Source: an uncultured Phycisphaerales bacterium
GTDB lineage: Bacteria; Planctomycetota; Phycisphaerae; Tepidisphaerales; Tepidisphaeraceae
Direction of reading: 5' to 3'
Assembly (NCBI GenBank): GCA_963755915.1
Contig: CAVWLP010000002.1
Location: 4,864,001-4,928,000 of the forward strand
DNA length: 64,000 bases
In this document: in pieces, positions 48,438 through 57,988 of the stretch
How positions within the stretch are numbered: the first letter of the stretch is position 1
Layout of the letters: each line of letters begins with the position of its first letter
Made by a program: the position numbers and the translations under genes
The notes under the pieces: generated by a model
Told to the model about the DNA's origin: nothing
What the model saw: only the letters and a program-made list of their open reading frames with translations
The model's database searches: none

Positions 48438-48498
48438 TTCAATTCGGCATTTGGACTTCGACGAGCTCAGTCGAGTCGCACTCGACATTCGGCATTTT
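48438..48498. repeat. Short intergenic element with duplicated ATTCGGCATTT flanking a hairpin
   Basis: attcggcattt occurs twice around ttcgacgagctcagtcgag. Confidence 0.45.
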
Positions 48499-48549
48499 TG
48501 GAAAGATTCTCTTCCAAGTGAATCGCGGTCGTTGTACGATAAATAAAGC

Positions 48550-49979
48550 ATGGACGCTGCATTAATTGAGAAGCGAACGGACTCGCCGGCCGCTAGTCAG
48601 TTCCAGGGGAAACGGGTGCATTTTATCGGAGTGGGCGGTAGTGGGATGAGCGGCTTGGCGCGTACCTTGCTGGATGCTGGGGCGATTGTGACCGGTTCGG
48701 AGCCGCGATTGGGTCCGCAGACGCTGGAACTGGTGCAGAAAGGTGCAAAAATTTCGCGCCAGCAAACCGGGGAATTTATCGATCCAAAAGTTGATTTGGT
48801 CGTTCGGACCGCGGCCGTGCTCGATAACAATATCGAGATGCTTGTCGCGGGCCGGCTGGGGCTTAAAACGGTCAAATATGCGCAGATGCTGGGAATGGTG
48901 ATGGGGGAGCGATTTGGCGTCGCGGTTTCGGGGACACATGGGAAATCGACGACGAGCGCGATGATCGCGTTTGCGCTGCGCGAGTGCGGCGCGGACCCGA
49001 GCTTTGTGATCGGGGGAACGGTTCCGCAGCTTGGGGGCGGAAGCCATTCGGGGAAGGGGAACATTTTTGTCGCCGAGGCGTGCGAGTTCGATCGCAGCTT
49101 TCACAACCTGCGGCCGAAGATTGCACTGATCACCAACATTGAGCCGGACCATCTGGATTATTACCGGGACATCGACGAAATCGTGGAGAGCTTTCGCGAT
49201 TTGCGCGGCGGGTTCCGGCGGATGGGGTGATTATCGCCGGGGGAAAAGACCGGCGGGTGGCGCAGGCGCTGAGCGGATTGACTACGGCGATTGAGACTGT
49301 TTCTGTGGGCGAGAATAATATTTGGTCAGCGCGGGTTTCAGGTATTGACAACGGGTGCTACAGCGGCGAAGTATCGTTCCGGAATCAGAGTGTTGGAACG
49401 CTGCACCTTTCGATCGCGGGCGAACACAATCTGATGAATGCGACGATGGCGGCGGCGGCATGTGCCGCCTGCGGTGTGCCGCCGGGAGAGGCGATCGAAG
49501 CGCTGGGAAAATTCCAGGGCGTCGATCGGCGAATGAGCGTCGTCGGACGATATCATGGGGCGACGGTGGTGGATGATTATGGGCATCATCCGACCGAAAT
49601 CCGCACCACGCTGCGGGCGCTGCGGCAAAGGTTTGATCCGCGGCGGCTGATTTGTGTTTTTCAGCCGCATCAGCACAGCCGGACGCGTTTCCTCATGGAG
49701 GATTTCGCGGCGAGCTTCGTGCTGGCGGATGAGACGATCGTGCCGGACATCTTCTTCGTCCGCGACAGTGAGGCGGAGCGGCAGAAGGTAACCGCGGCCG
49801 ATCTGGTGCAGCGGGTGCGGGCGAATGGGCAAAATGCGATCCATCTGCCGACGTTTGGGCAGATTGTGGAGTATCTTAAGCAGAACGTCCACGAGGACGA
49901 CCTGGTGGTGACGATGGGGGCGGGAAATATCTGGGAGATCGGGAAAGACCTGATTGAGAAAGATCGGGTCTCGAAGTGA
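48550..49979 (+). CDS. murC: UDP-N-acetylmuramate--L-alanine ligase, one frameshift near 49200
   Basis: HFIGVGGSGMSGLA, SGTHGKSTT, AEACEFDRSF, DHLDYY, DDYGHHPTEI, FQPH and MGAGNI. Confidence 0.95.
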
Positions 49980-49980
49980 C

Positions 49981-50874
49981 ATGCTGAAGTTATCCAATCC
50001 ATTTTCGGGGCTTGACTCGTTCGTGCAGCAGAACGCTCCCCTGGCGCGGTATACGTGGTATCGCATCGGCGGGCCGGCGCGGTGGTTTGTGCGGCCGGGA
50101 AACATTGAGGATTTGCAGGAAGCGGCGCGGCGGTGTGCCGAGGCGAATATCCGCACGTATGTGCTGGGGTTTGGGGCGAATATTCTTGTGAGCGACGCCG
50201 GAGTCGATGCGGCGGTGTTTCGATTCGACAGCGATTTCTGGCGGCGGTGCGACTTCGGCGAAAATAAAGTGGAAGTCGGCGCGGGCATGGATATGCAGAA
50301 GCTGCTGCTTCGCACGATCCGGCAGGGACGCAGCGGGGTGGAATGCCTGGCGGGGATTCCGGGAACCATTGGCGGGGGAATCCGCATGAACGCGGGGGGG
50401 AAATTCGGGGATATCGGGTCGGTCGTGCAGTCGGTGCAGGTGATGGATAATTACGGGAATCTGTACGAACGGCACAAGGACGACCTGGTTTTTGATTATC
50501 GCACGACCAATATTTCCGCGCCGTTCATCCTGGGCGCAACGCTGGATCTGGAAGAGGAAGACCCGGAACGCATCCTTCGAAAGACGAAGGAGATCTGGAT
50601 GTACAAGCGGAACACGCAGCCGCTGAATACCAAGAATGCCGGGTGCATTTTCAAGAATCCGCGCGGGCTGAGCGCTGGGGCGCTGATCGATCAGGCGGGA
50701 ATGAAGGGGATGCGGATTGGCGGGGCCGAGGTTTCGGCCAAGCACGCGAACTTCATCATCGCCCATCCGGGGTGCACGGCGGATGATGTGATGACGATGA
50801 TTAAGCTGATCCGGGAAAAAGTGTTCGATCGCAATCAGATTCACCTGGAAAGCGAAGTGCAGATCTGGCCATGA
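49981..50874 (+). CDS. murB: UDP-N-acetylenolpyruvoylglucosamine reductase
   Basis: RIGGPA, GIPGTIGG..RMNAG, AGCIFKNP, KHANFI and LESEV. Confidence 0.95.
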   Translation: MLKLSNPFSGLDSFVQQNAPLARYTWYRIGGPARWFVRPGNIEDLQEAARRCAEANIRTYVLGFGANILVSDAGVDAAVFRFDSDFWRRCDFGENKVEVGAGMDMQKLLLRTIRQGRSGVECLAGIPGTIGGGIRMNAGGKFGDIGSVVQSVQVMDNYGNLYERHKDDLVFDYRTTNISAPFILGATLDLEEEDPERILRKTKEIWMYKRNTQPLNTKNAGCIFKNPRGLSAGALIDQAGMKGMRIGGAEVSAKHANFIIAHPGCTADDVMTMIKLIREKVFDRNQIHLESEVQIWP

Positions 50875-51782
50875 AAGTGACGGTCCTCTACGGCGGCCCA
50901 AGCGCAGAGCGCGAGGTGAGCCTGGTAAGCGGAGGGGCCGTCATCGAAGCGCTTCGGGGGATGGGGCACGAGGTTTTTGCCAGCGACGTCTCCCCTGCCG
51001 ATCTTTCCGGGCTCGATCATCCTGCCGATGTCATTTTTCCGGTTCTGCACGGGGCTTTTGGAGAAAGCGGAGAGTTGCAGGAAATTCTGGAGCAGCGGGG
51101 ATTGCGATTCGTCGGCAGCGGCTCGAAAGCGTCGCGCCTGGGGATGAACAAAGTGCTTACCAAGCAGGTGTGGGAAAAGGCGGGGCTGCCGACGCCGGCA
51201 TATCGTGTGATCAAGCGCGGGGAAGAAGCTTATGACGCGCCGGGCGCGTGCGTCGTCAAAGCGATCGACAGCGGGAGCAGCATCGACGTTTATCTCTGCA
51301 AATCGCCGGCGGAATGCTCGGCACAGACTGCGACGGCGATTAAGGAAGTTCTCTCGCGGCACGAGTCGGCGCTGGTGGAGAAATTCATTGATGGGATCGA
51401 GCTGACGGTGGGAATCTTGGAAGAGAAACCGCTGGCGCCGATTCGCATCGTGCCGAAGCGGGAGTTTTTTGATTACGAAGCGAAATATCGATCCAGCGAG
51501 ACCGAGCACCGGTTTGAGACAGGTCTGCCGGCGGAGGTTGTGCAAAGCTGCCGGGAACTGGCTCAGCGTGCTAACGCGGCCGTGGGGGCGCGGGATCTGG
51601 CGCGGATCGACATCATGGTCGATCGCGCGAATCAACCCTATCTGCTGGAAATCAATACTTTGCCGGGGTTCACGCCCCGCAGCCTTTTGCCTGAGGCGGC
51701 AAAACATGCGGGGATTGAGTTTGGGCCGTTGGTGGATCGGCTGGTTAGGCGGGCGGGGGGGCGCGGCGCCGACGTGGTTTAG
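50871..51782 (+). CDS. ddl: D-alanine--D-alanine ligase
   Basis: GGPSAEREVSL.SG, LHGAFGE, GSS, FDYEAKY and LEINTLPGFT. Confidence 0.95.
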   Translation: MKVTVLYGGPSAEREVSLVSGGAVIEALRGMGHEVFASDVSPADLSGLDHPADVIFPVLHGAFGESGELQEILEQRGLRFVGSGSKASRLGMNKVLTKQVWEKAGLPTPAYRVIKRGEEAYDAPGACVVKAIDSGSSIDVYLCKSPAECSAQTATAIKEVLSRHESALVEKFIDGIELTVGILEEKPLAPIRIVPKREFFDYEAKYRSSETEHRFETGLPAEVVQSCRELAQRANAAVGARDLARIDIMVDRANQPYLLEINTLPGFTPRSLLPEAAKHAGIEFGPLVDRLVRRAGGRGADVV

Positions 51783-51884
51783 GTTTGCGCCGTCGTGGCA
51801 TTAGTTCAGCAAGGCGGTCGGTCCGCACGCTGGATGACTCACATCGATATCGTCTGTTGAAATCCAAGCCAAATGGTCGTCCAG

Positions 51885-51923
51885 CCCCCACCCTAACCCT
51901 CCCCCGGAGTACCAGGGGAGGGG
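51885..51923. repeat. REP-like palindromic repeat, family A, copy 3 (opposite orientation)
   Basis: cccccaccctaaccctcccccggagtaccaggggagggg. Confidence 0.85.
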
Positions 51924-52010
51924 ATAAGAGCGCGGCCTGATCGCCAGGGTAACTCTCAGGCCTCGAAGCTCACGTCAGTCGTGTTAAACGTCCGATAAAG
52001 ATACGAGACC

Positions 52011-52967
52011 ATGGCCAAGCCTCGGAAGTCGGCGTCGTTGCCGAGCCGCAAATCCTCTATTTCCGCCGACCTATGGTGGCGTTGCGCACTTCATGGGACG
52101 ATTTTTCTTATCTTTGCATCGGGGATCGTTTCACTGTTTCGGTTCAGCGAGATTTATGTCGATCGGCGAATCGCTTTTCCGACGGAGCCGCCAAAGGTTG
52201 TTCTGGCAAATCGACCGGTGTGGATGACCGATTTCCTGGCCGATCAGATCATGCGATCGATCCAGCCGGTTGGGTTGCACTCCTCGTTTGATCGTCAGCT
52301 ACTCGTTCAAACGTCCCGATCGCTGGGGGCTAACCCGTGGATTCAATCCGTCAACCAAGTCCGACGGGTCTACCAGGACCATCCCGGAGACACGCTGCAA
52401 ATCGATTGCGTCTACCGCGCCCCAGCGGCGGTCGTGAAATGGGGGCAGTTTTTCTGGCTGGTGGACTCGCATGGGGTAAAGCTTCCGGAGCAATACACCG
52501 CCGACCAGTTGCCGAAAATTCTCGTGGGCACGGATGGGAAGGCGAATATTCGCATTATCGACGGCGTTTCGAGGCCACCATGTGAGCCGGGACATGTCTG
52601 GTCCGGCGAAGATATCGCCAGCGCTCTGGAAATGGCGCGGCTGTTGTCGACGGTCGATTGGGCGGATCAGATCCGGGTGATCGATGTCAGCAACCTCTCC
52701 GGGCGACGGGACATACGCGAGGCGCAAATCGTTCTAGTGACGCGTTTTGGCACGCAAATCCGCTGGGGCCGGCCGCCCAGTGCGGCGGACGCGTTCGTTG
52801 AAGTCTCTCCTGCGGTGAAGCTTGCCGCCATCGACAATATCTTCTGGCGCGATCAGCGTGTCGACGCCAATCAGCCGTGGATCGACGTGCGTTTTGATCG
52901 GGTCACCTGCCCTGGGGAAGCGCAAAACGCCACGGCACAAGTCGATAGCACTTCAAACGCTCAATAA
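52011..52967 (+). CDS. FtsQ/DivIB-like bitopic membrane protein (divergent)
   Basis: Follows ddl. Basic N-tail, one transmembrane segment, POTRA-like NPWIQSVNQVRR...YRAP.A, LVDSHGVKL, IRWG and IDVRFD. Confidence 0.65.
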   Translation: MAKPRKSASLPSRKSSISADLWWRCALHGTIFLIFASGIVSLFRFSEIYVDRRIAFPTEPPKVVLANRPVWMTDFLADQIMRSIQPVGLHSSFDRQLLVQTSRSLGANPWIQSVNQVRRVYQDHPGDTLQIDCVYRAPAAVVKWGQFFWLVDSHGVKLPEQYTADQLPKILVGTDGKANIRIIDGVSRPPCEPGHVWSGEDIASALEMARLLSTVDWADQIRVIDVSNLSGRRDIREAQIVLVTRFGTQIRWGRPPSAADAFVEVSPAVKLAAIDNIFWRDQRVDANQPWIDVRFDRVTCPGEAQNATAQVDSTSNAQ

Positions 52968-53031
52968 ATCCGCCCTTATGCAATCGACTTGCGATAGACT
53001 TGCGGCGTCTATCCGGGAACCTTCGCGGGAA

Positions 53032-53672
53032 ATGGAACACTCGAAAACAAACCTGAAATCAGCGGCGATCGTGATTTGGCTATTGGTCCAGATTGCGGCT
53101 TTGGCGGCGTGCGCGGATCGAATCACGTTTTGGGCGCGCTCGCCGGCGGCTGGGGAGCAATTGGCGCTGGCGGTGATGCTCTGTGCGCAAGTCGGAACCA
53201 GCTCCTTGATATTCCCCTATCTGTTGAGCAGTCGCAACTCGACGATACTCGCGATTGTGAGTGGTTGGCCGCTGGCACAATTGGCAGCGTACTTGTCGGA
53301 CGCGTCGCTAACTCAAGCCGCGGGGGGAGAGCTTTATGTTTCGGCCTGGCTGCTGGGGCTGACTTTTTATTCTCCGCTGCTTCGAAGTGAATCGGCGAAA
53401 CTGATTGGCGCGGCACTGGCAGCCATGATTGCGCTGGGTGGGCCTTTCATTCTTTATCTGCGCCTGGAATTCGCTGCCGGTGTGAGCGTGCCGTTGCAAT
53501 CGTTCGCCTCGTTTGGACCGGTTGATGGTGCGCTTTCCCAGACTTGCGCACGGGATACTCCGCAGGATCCATCGTGGCGTGGGCGATTCCAGCGGCGTTA
53601 ATCGCCATCGGGGCGGCGTTGAATTTTGCAATTTGGAAGCGTCGCGACAATTCGCGACAAGTTATCCACTGA
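53032..53672 (+). CDS. Polytopic membrane hypothetical protein, probable frameshift near 53545
   Basis: Several transmembrane segments. An alternate frame adds a last one, SIVAWAIPAALIAIGAALNFAIWKRR...VIH*, ending at 53672. Confidence 0.6.
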
Positions 53673-53777
53673 AATTTCACATTGCGGATGCGGGTTGAAT
53701 CGCTGTTTTTTCGTTGAAAATCCCAAACGAAGCCTTATCGGCGCGAAAAACATTTTCATGATTTTTTGCGCGCACTC

Positions 53778-53844
53778 TTGCATCCCGTGGGAGGCTTGGT
53801 AAAGTTTCCCTGTCAATCCCACATACACAAGGTCATGTGGGGAG
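53778..53844 (+). promoter_or_regulatory. mraZ promoter with putative MraZ autoregulatory (G)TGGG boxes
   Basis: TTGCAT, 16-bp spacer, TAAAGT with an extended -10 TG. GTGGGAG at 53787, GTGGGGAG at 53837, and an inverted pair cccacat/atgtggg. Confidence 0.55.
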
Positions 53845-53859
53845 AAATCCTAGAACCTG

Positions 53860-54306
53860 ATGCCGGTATTCTTTGGCGAACATGACCTCTCAATCGATGA
53901 CAAAAATCGCCTCCTTATTCCGGCCCAGATTCGGAAAAAGATTGACCCGGAAGTTGATGGAAGAAGTTTGTTTGTAACCTTGAAACGTAACAACCATGGC
54001 ATGATCCCGTGGTTTTATCCCGAGGCCTTTTTCATGGGCCTCGTGAAACAAGGAGCTCCGGCCGTTTTAGCACCTGATGAGCAGCAACTCAAGTTCACGT
54101 ATGAAACACTTTCGATCGCAGACGAATTGGAGTGGGACAATCAGGGACGAGTAGTTTTATCGGAAAAGATCCTTGGCCGGGCCAGTCTCGGAAAGGAAGT
54201 GACTCTCGTCGGTGCGAATGAACATTTGGAGTTATGGAATCGGAGTGCATGGGTCGCTTTTCGGGATTCGGGATTTAAGACTGAGCCTCGTGTATTGGAC
54301 AGGTAG
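53860..54306 (+). CDS. mraZ: Transcriptional regulator MraZ
   Basis: FFGEHDLSIDDKNRLLIPAQIR, WDNQGRVVL and LVGANEHLELWN (two DxxxR motifs). Confidence 0.9.
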   Translation: MPVFFGEHDLSIDDKNRLLIPAQIRKKIDPEVDGRSLFVTLKRNNHGMIPWFYPEAFFMGLVKQGAPAVLAPDEQQLKFTYETLSIADELEWDNQGRVVLSEKILGRASLGKEVTLVGANEHLELWNRSAWVAFRDSGFKTEPRVLDR

Positions 54307-54344
54307 TTTCGGGCCTCATATCGGGCAATGGGAAAGAAAGATGG

Positions 54345-54903
54345 AGTTTTGCGGGCCTTGAATAAGCACCGCAGAACGGGAATGAAAAGCAGTTGTAAGG
54401 GAACTGGAATCGACCGCGACCAGCATTTTAAAAACAGGCTGGTTGAATCATGTTTGTGGGCAGTTTTTCTCGCGGCGCGGGCGTATTCAACGCCGTGAGG
54501 AAAGATCGGGAGCCTGAATCAGGGAAGGTTTGGGTCTCCGCTAAATCCTAGTAGTTGAATGAGTTGCTCATCGCGACGACGGATGAAGTGTCGGCGGCAG
54601 GGATGCTCCGCGCTCATCGGCCGAATCCGCAAGGGAATGGATGCCCGTTGTTTGCGGATGCAGGATCGAGCGCGATGGCAGCAGCCATTTCGCGGCATCG
54701 GCGGGTTGTGCGATGCCTCGGAATGGGGCCTCGGAATGGGGCTTAGAGACCGGGGAAGGCTGTGGGTTTCGCTCCAGGGATCGGAACGAAATCCACCGCC
54801 AAACCGGTCATCACTAGAAGTCGTGTAGGTAGAGTCATCGCAAGTTGGATGGGATCCCTCGGCTGCAACCGAGGGCGGGCAGGATGCCCGGCTCTGCCTT
54901 TTA
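54345..54903 (+). ncRNA. Candidate large structured RNA with multiple GGA-loop hairpins (CsrB/RsmZ-like); boundaries approximate
   Basis: No credible ORF. At least 10 stems found by eye, with G-U wobbles favouring the + strand. 22 GGA versus 7 TCC in 54307-54905. Ends in a 10-bp stem followed by a T tract. Confidence 0.6.
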
Positions 54904-55014
54904 TACGAACAAAGTACTAACTCGCTCAGTATCTTATCTCTTGAGAGAAATTGCAAGTGGGAAAAAACTAAGGGTAATGGATCAATTCGGGGGCGGTAGG
55001 AAGTTTGAAATATC

Positions 55015-55033
55015 CCACGGCGGCGCCGTGGGC
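55015..55033 (-). terminator. GC-rich hairpin downstream of hemB
   Basis: cccacggc-ggc-gccgtggg, 30 nt past the hemB stop, with a weak U tract. Confidence 0.5.
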
Positions 55034-55063
55034 GTTCCGGGATCAAACTGAATCAATACCAAA

Positions 55064-56061
55064 CTAAGGGGTCAGCAGCTTCGCGGCGACTGCGGAAAAA
55101 TAGGTGATAATCATATCGGCGCCCGCGCGCTTCATCGCAGTTAAGGATTCCAGAACTACCGCGTCGCGATCCAGCCAGCCGTTTTTTGCCGCGGCTTCGA
55201 TCATCGAATATTCACCGCTCACCTGATAGGCCACCACAGGCACATTCACCGCTTGTTTGACTGCGGCGAGAATGTCCAGATATGGGAGGCCGGGCTTGAC
55301 CATCACCAGGTCGGCGCCCTGTTCGACGTCGAGCCGGGCTTCGCGGATCGCCTCGGGTATGCCACGGGCGGGGTCCATCTGATAGGAGCGGCGGTCGCCG
55401 AACTGCGGCGCAGAATCTGCCGCATCTCGGAAGGGGCCGTAAAACGCGCTGGCGTATTTGACGGAGTAGGCGAGGATTCCCACATCGCCAAAGCCCGCTG
55501 CGTCCAAGCCGCTGCGCAGGGCTCCGACCGCGCCGTCCATCATTCCGCTGGGGGCGACCAAATCGGCGCCGGCTTTGGCGTGGTTGATGGCTTGCTCCAC
55601 GAGCCGGGGCACCGTTGCGTCGTTCAGGACCGTGGAACCCTCGCCGGAGAGGATTCCACAGTGGCCGTGATTCGTGTATTCGCAGAAGCAAAGGTCGGTG
55701 ATGGCAAGCATCGGCGATTTTCGCGATTTCATTTCGCGCAGGAGGCGGCAGACGACGTTGTTGGGATCGAGCGCGGCCGATCCCTGCGGATCCTTGGCGG
55801 CGCGATCGATCACACCGAAAATGAGATAGGCGGGAAATCCTTCGCCGTGGCGCTCCTGGAGCCAATCGGCGGCGACATCGACCGACATCTGAAAAATCCC
55901 CGGCATCGAGGCAATTTCTTTGCGCGCCCCCTGCCGTCGCGCACGAAGACGGGAACGATCAGGTCGCGCCGCTGAAGGCGCACGCTTGCGAGGCTGCCGC
56001 GCATCAGCGGCGAAAGACGGAGCCGGCGCGGGCGCTGCGGCAGATCGGAATTCGCGGCCAT
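55064..56061 (-). CDS. hemB: Porphobilinogen synthase (Zn-type), frameshift near 55930
   Basis: RPRRLR, DLCFCEYTNHGHCG, APSGMMDG, KYASAFYGPFRDA, MVKPG and AYQVSGEYSM. Confidence 0.95.
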
Positions 56062-56126
56062 GGTTGTTGATTTTAGTGTGGTGCCGCTGTTTGTCATCAT
56101 TGCCGGTTCCATTACAATTCGCAGCG

Positions 56127-57186
56127 ATGGTTTCCCGGGCGATTTCTTTGGCGAATTCACGACTGATTTCAGGGGGTTTTGCCATCGCGATCGCGATGTT
56201 TCTGTTTTCCAAAGCGGCCCTGGGAAGGGAATACACCACGTGGGAATATCGCGAAGGGCGATGGGTGCAGGCCCCGCGGATGATTCCACAGGTTCCCCAG
56301 CCTGAGCCGGTACTCGACGAAGCCGAGAGACTGCTGGCAGACGAAAATCTGAAACAGGCCAAGATCGTGCTGGTGAACTGGGAGAAGACGCATAAGCACT
56401 CGCCCTCAAGGGACCGGTGCATTTTCGATTTCGCAAGGCTTTACTTCCAGAAGAACAATCGAATCAAGTCGTTCTTCTACTGCGATGAGCTGATGGATGA
56501 ATATCCGGAGAGCAAGTTGTTCCAGACGGCTTTGCAGTGGCAATATGACATCGCCAAGGCGTATCTGGACGGATACAAGGACAGCTTTCTGGGGATGCCG
56601 ATCCTGGACCGCGGGGGCGAGGCGGTGGAAATGATGTGGCGAATCCAGCAGCGCAGCCCGGGCTCGCCGCTGGCGGAAAAGGGATTGCTCGACACGGCCG
56701 ACTATTACTTCAACGACCGCGACTACGATCTGGCCGAGGACGCGTACAATTTTTACGTTCAGAATTACCCGAACAGTTTGCGGGTTCCGGCGGTTAAGCT
56801 TCGGGCGGCTTATGCGTCATGGGCGCAGTTCCGGGGCACGAAGTTCGATGCCAGCCATATCATCGACGCGCAGGCGCAGCTTCTGGTGATTCAGCGGGAG
56901 TATCCGGAGCTGGCGGCGGAGGAAAACGTCCAGGCGGCGCTGGACCGGATCGATGCGGCGTTTGCGCAAATTGTTCGAGCAGGGGGATTTTTATGAGCGG
57001 ACGCACCAGCTTAAGGGGGCGGTGTATCAGTATCGCTTTCTGCTGGAGACGTATCCCGGCTCGACGGACGCAGCCGAGGCGATGGTACGATTGCGGCACA
57101 TGCCGGCGTGGGCTCTGACCGATCCCCCACCGCCACCGGCCAGCGGATATGCACCGGCGACGGAGCCGAGCGCGGATGCGCAATGA
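56127..57186 (+). CDS. bamD: BamD/YfiO-like TPR outer-membrane assembly protein, frameshift near 56965
   Basis: TPR units (ELMDEYPES, YVQNYPNS), then KLFEQGDFYER...AVYQYRFLLETYPGS. It lies next to an lptE-like gene. Confidence 0.72.
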
Positions 57187-57198
57187 AGATCGGACTTC

Positions 57199-57283
57199 AC
57201 CGCGGAGAACGCAGAGAGCGCTGAGACTAAATCAATGAGAAACAAACAAATCCTTTCTCAGCGCTCTCCGCGATCTCTGCGGT
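57199..57283. repeat. Inverted-repeat element, family C (28-bp arms, 25/28 identical)
   Basis: accgcggagaacgcagagagcgctgaga (57199-57226) and tctcagcgctctccgcgatctctgcggt (57256-57283). Confidence 0.85.
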
Positions 57284-57789
57284 TAAATCTGCCGCTGTTG
57301 ATTTCATTGGCGCTTGGCTGTTTGAGCGGCTGCGCATCCGACTCGCAAACCGGCTGGCACTGGGGTTCGGTCTACCGGGAGGACATCCATAGCGTGGCGG
57401 TGCCGGTGTTTACATCGAAGGACTACCGCCGGGGGGTTGAGTCGCAGTTAACCGACTCGCTGGTCAAGAAAATCGAGGAGTACACACCCTATAAGGTCGA
57501 ACCGCGCGATCGGGCGGATACGGTTCTTGAGGGGGAGATCGTAGCGATAACGCCTTCGACACTGTCGCTGAACCCTTACACGGCCACGCCGCAGGAGCAG
57601 GAATATTCGATCATCGTGAATTTCACGTGGAAGGACCTGCGAACGGGGAAGATATTATTGAGCCGGCAGGGGTTTGAGCAGGCGACGACCTACTTCCCGA
57701 GCCTTGGGGAAGGGCAATACGTGGCGTCCGAGAACGCGGTCGAAAAGCTTGCCCTGGGGATCGTAAACGAGATGGAGGGGCCGTGGTAG
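57235..57789 (+). CDS. lptE: LptE-family lipoprotein
   Basis: Lipobox LSGC, SVAVPVF, ADTVLEGEI and WKDLRTGKIL. Confidence 0.7.
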   Translation: MRNKQILSQRSPRSLRLNLPLLISLALGCLSGCASDSQTGWHWGSVYREDIHSVAVPVFTSKDYRRGVESQLTDSLVKKIEEYTPYKVEPRDRADTVLEGEIVAITPSTLSLNPYTATPQEQEYSIIVNFTWKDLRTGKILLSRQGFEQATTYFPSLGEGQYVASENAVEKLALGIVNEMEGPW

Positions 57790-57988
57790 ACGCTACGGGT
57801 TGCGCTTTATCACACGCTAGGGCCATAATTTGCCGATTGATTCGTTAATACGAGTGATTGCGGCTGGAAAACCGGGGGGCGAACCCCTTATGATGGCATG
57901 GACGTATGTTTTCCGGTCGCAGCCTGGCGGCACACCAGACCGGTGAGTCGCTTGCAGCAAAGGAATTGCGACCGAATTAAGGATAATT

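Noticed and set aside
53662-53670. oriC, suggested by TTATCCACT
   Set aside because: A single imperfect DnaA box that probably lies within the end of a coding frame, with no box cluster or dnaA nearby.
54469-54900. RNase P RNA, suggested by a hairpin followed by GAGGAAAG and by CCCGGCT near the end
   Set aside because: GAGGAAAG is not followed by UCC, and the other conserved regions (AGUGCAACAGA, GAGCAAG, ACAGAA..CGGCUUA) were not found on either strand.
54500-55040. tmRNA or SRP RNA
   Set aside because: No T-arm or CCA acceptor end pairs with the GGGGGCG at ~54989, and no SRP helix-8 motif is present in the correct arrangement.
54519-55051. ORFs 54519..55046(-), 54555..54746, 54559..54828 and 54845..55051
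   Set aside because: No recognisable motifs, mutually overlapping and atypical composition. The dense RNA structure explains the region better.
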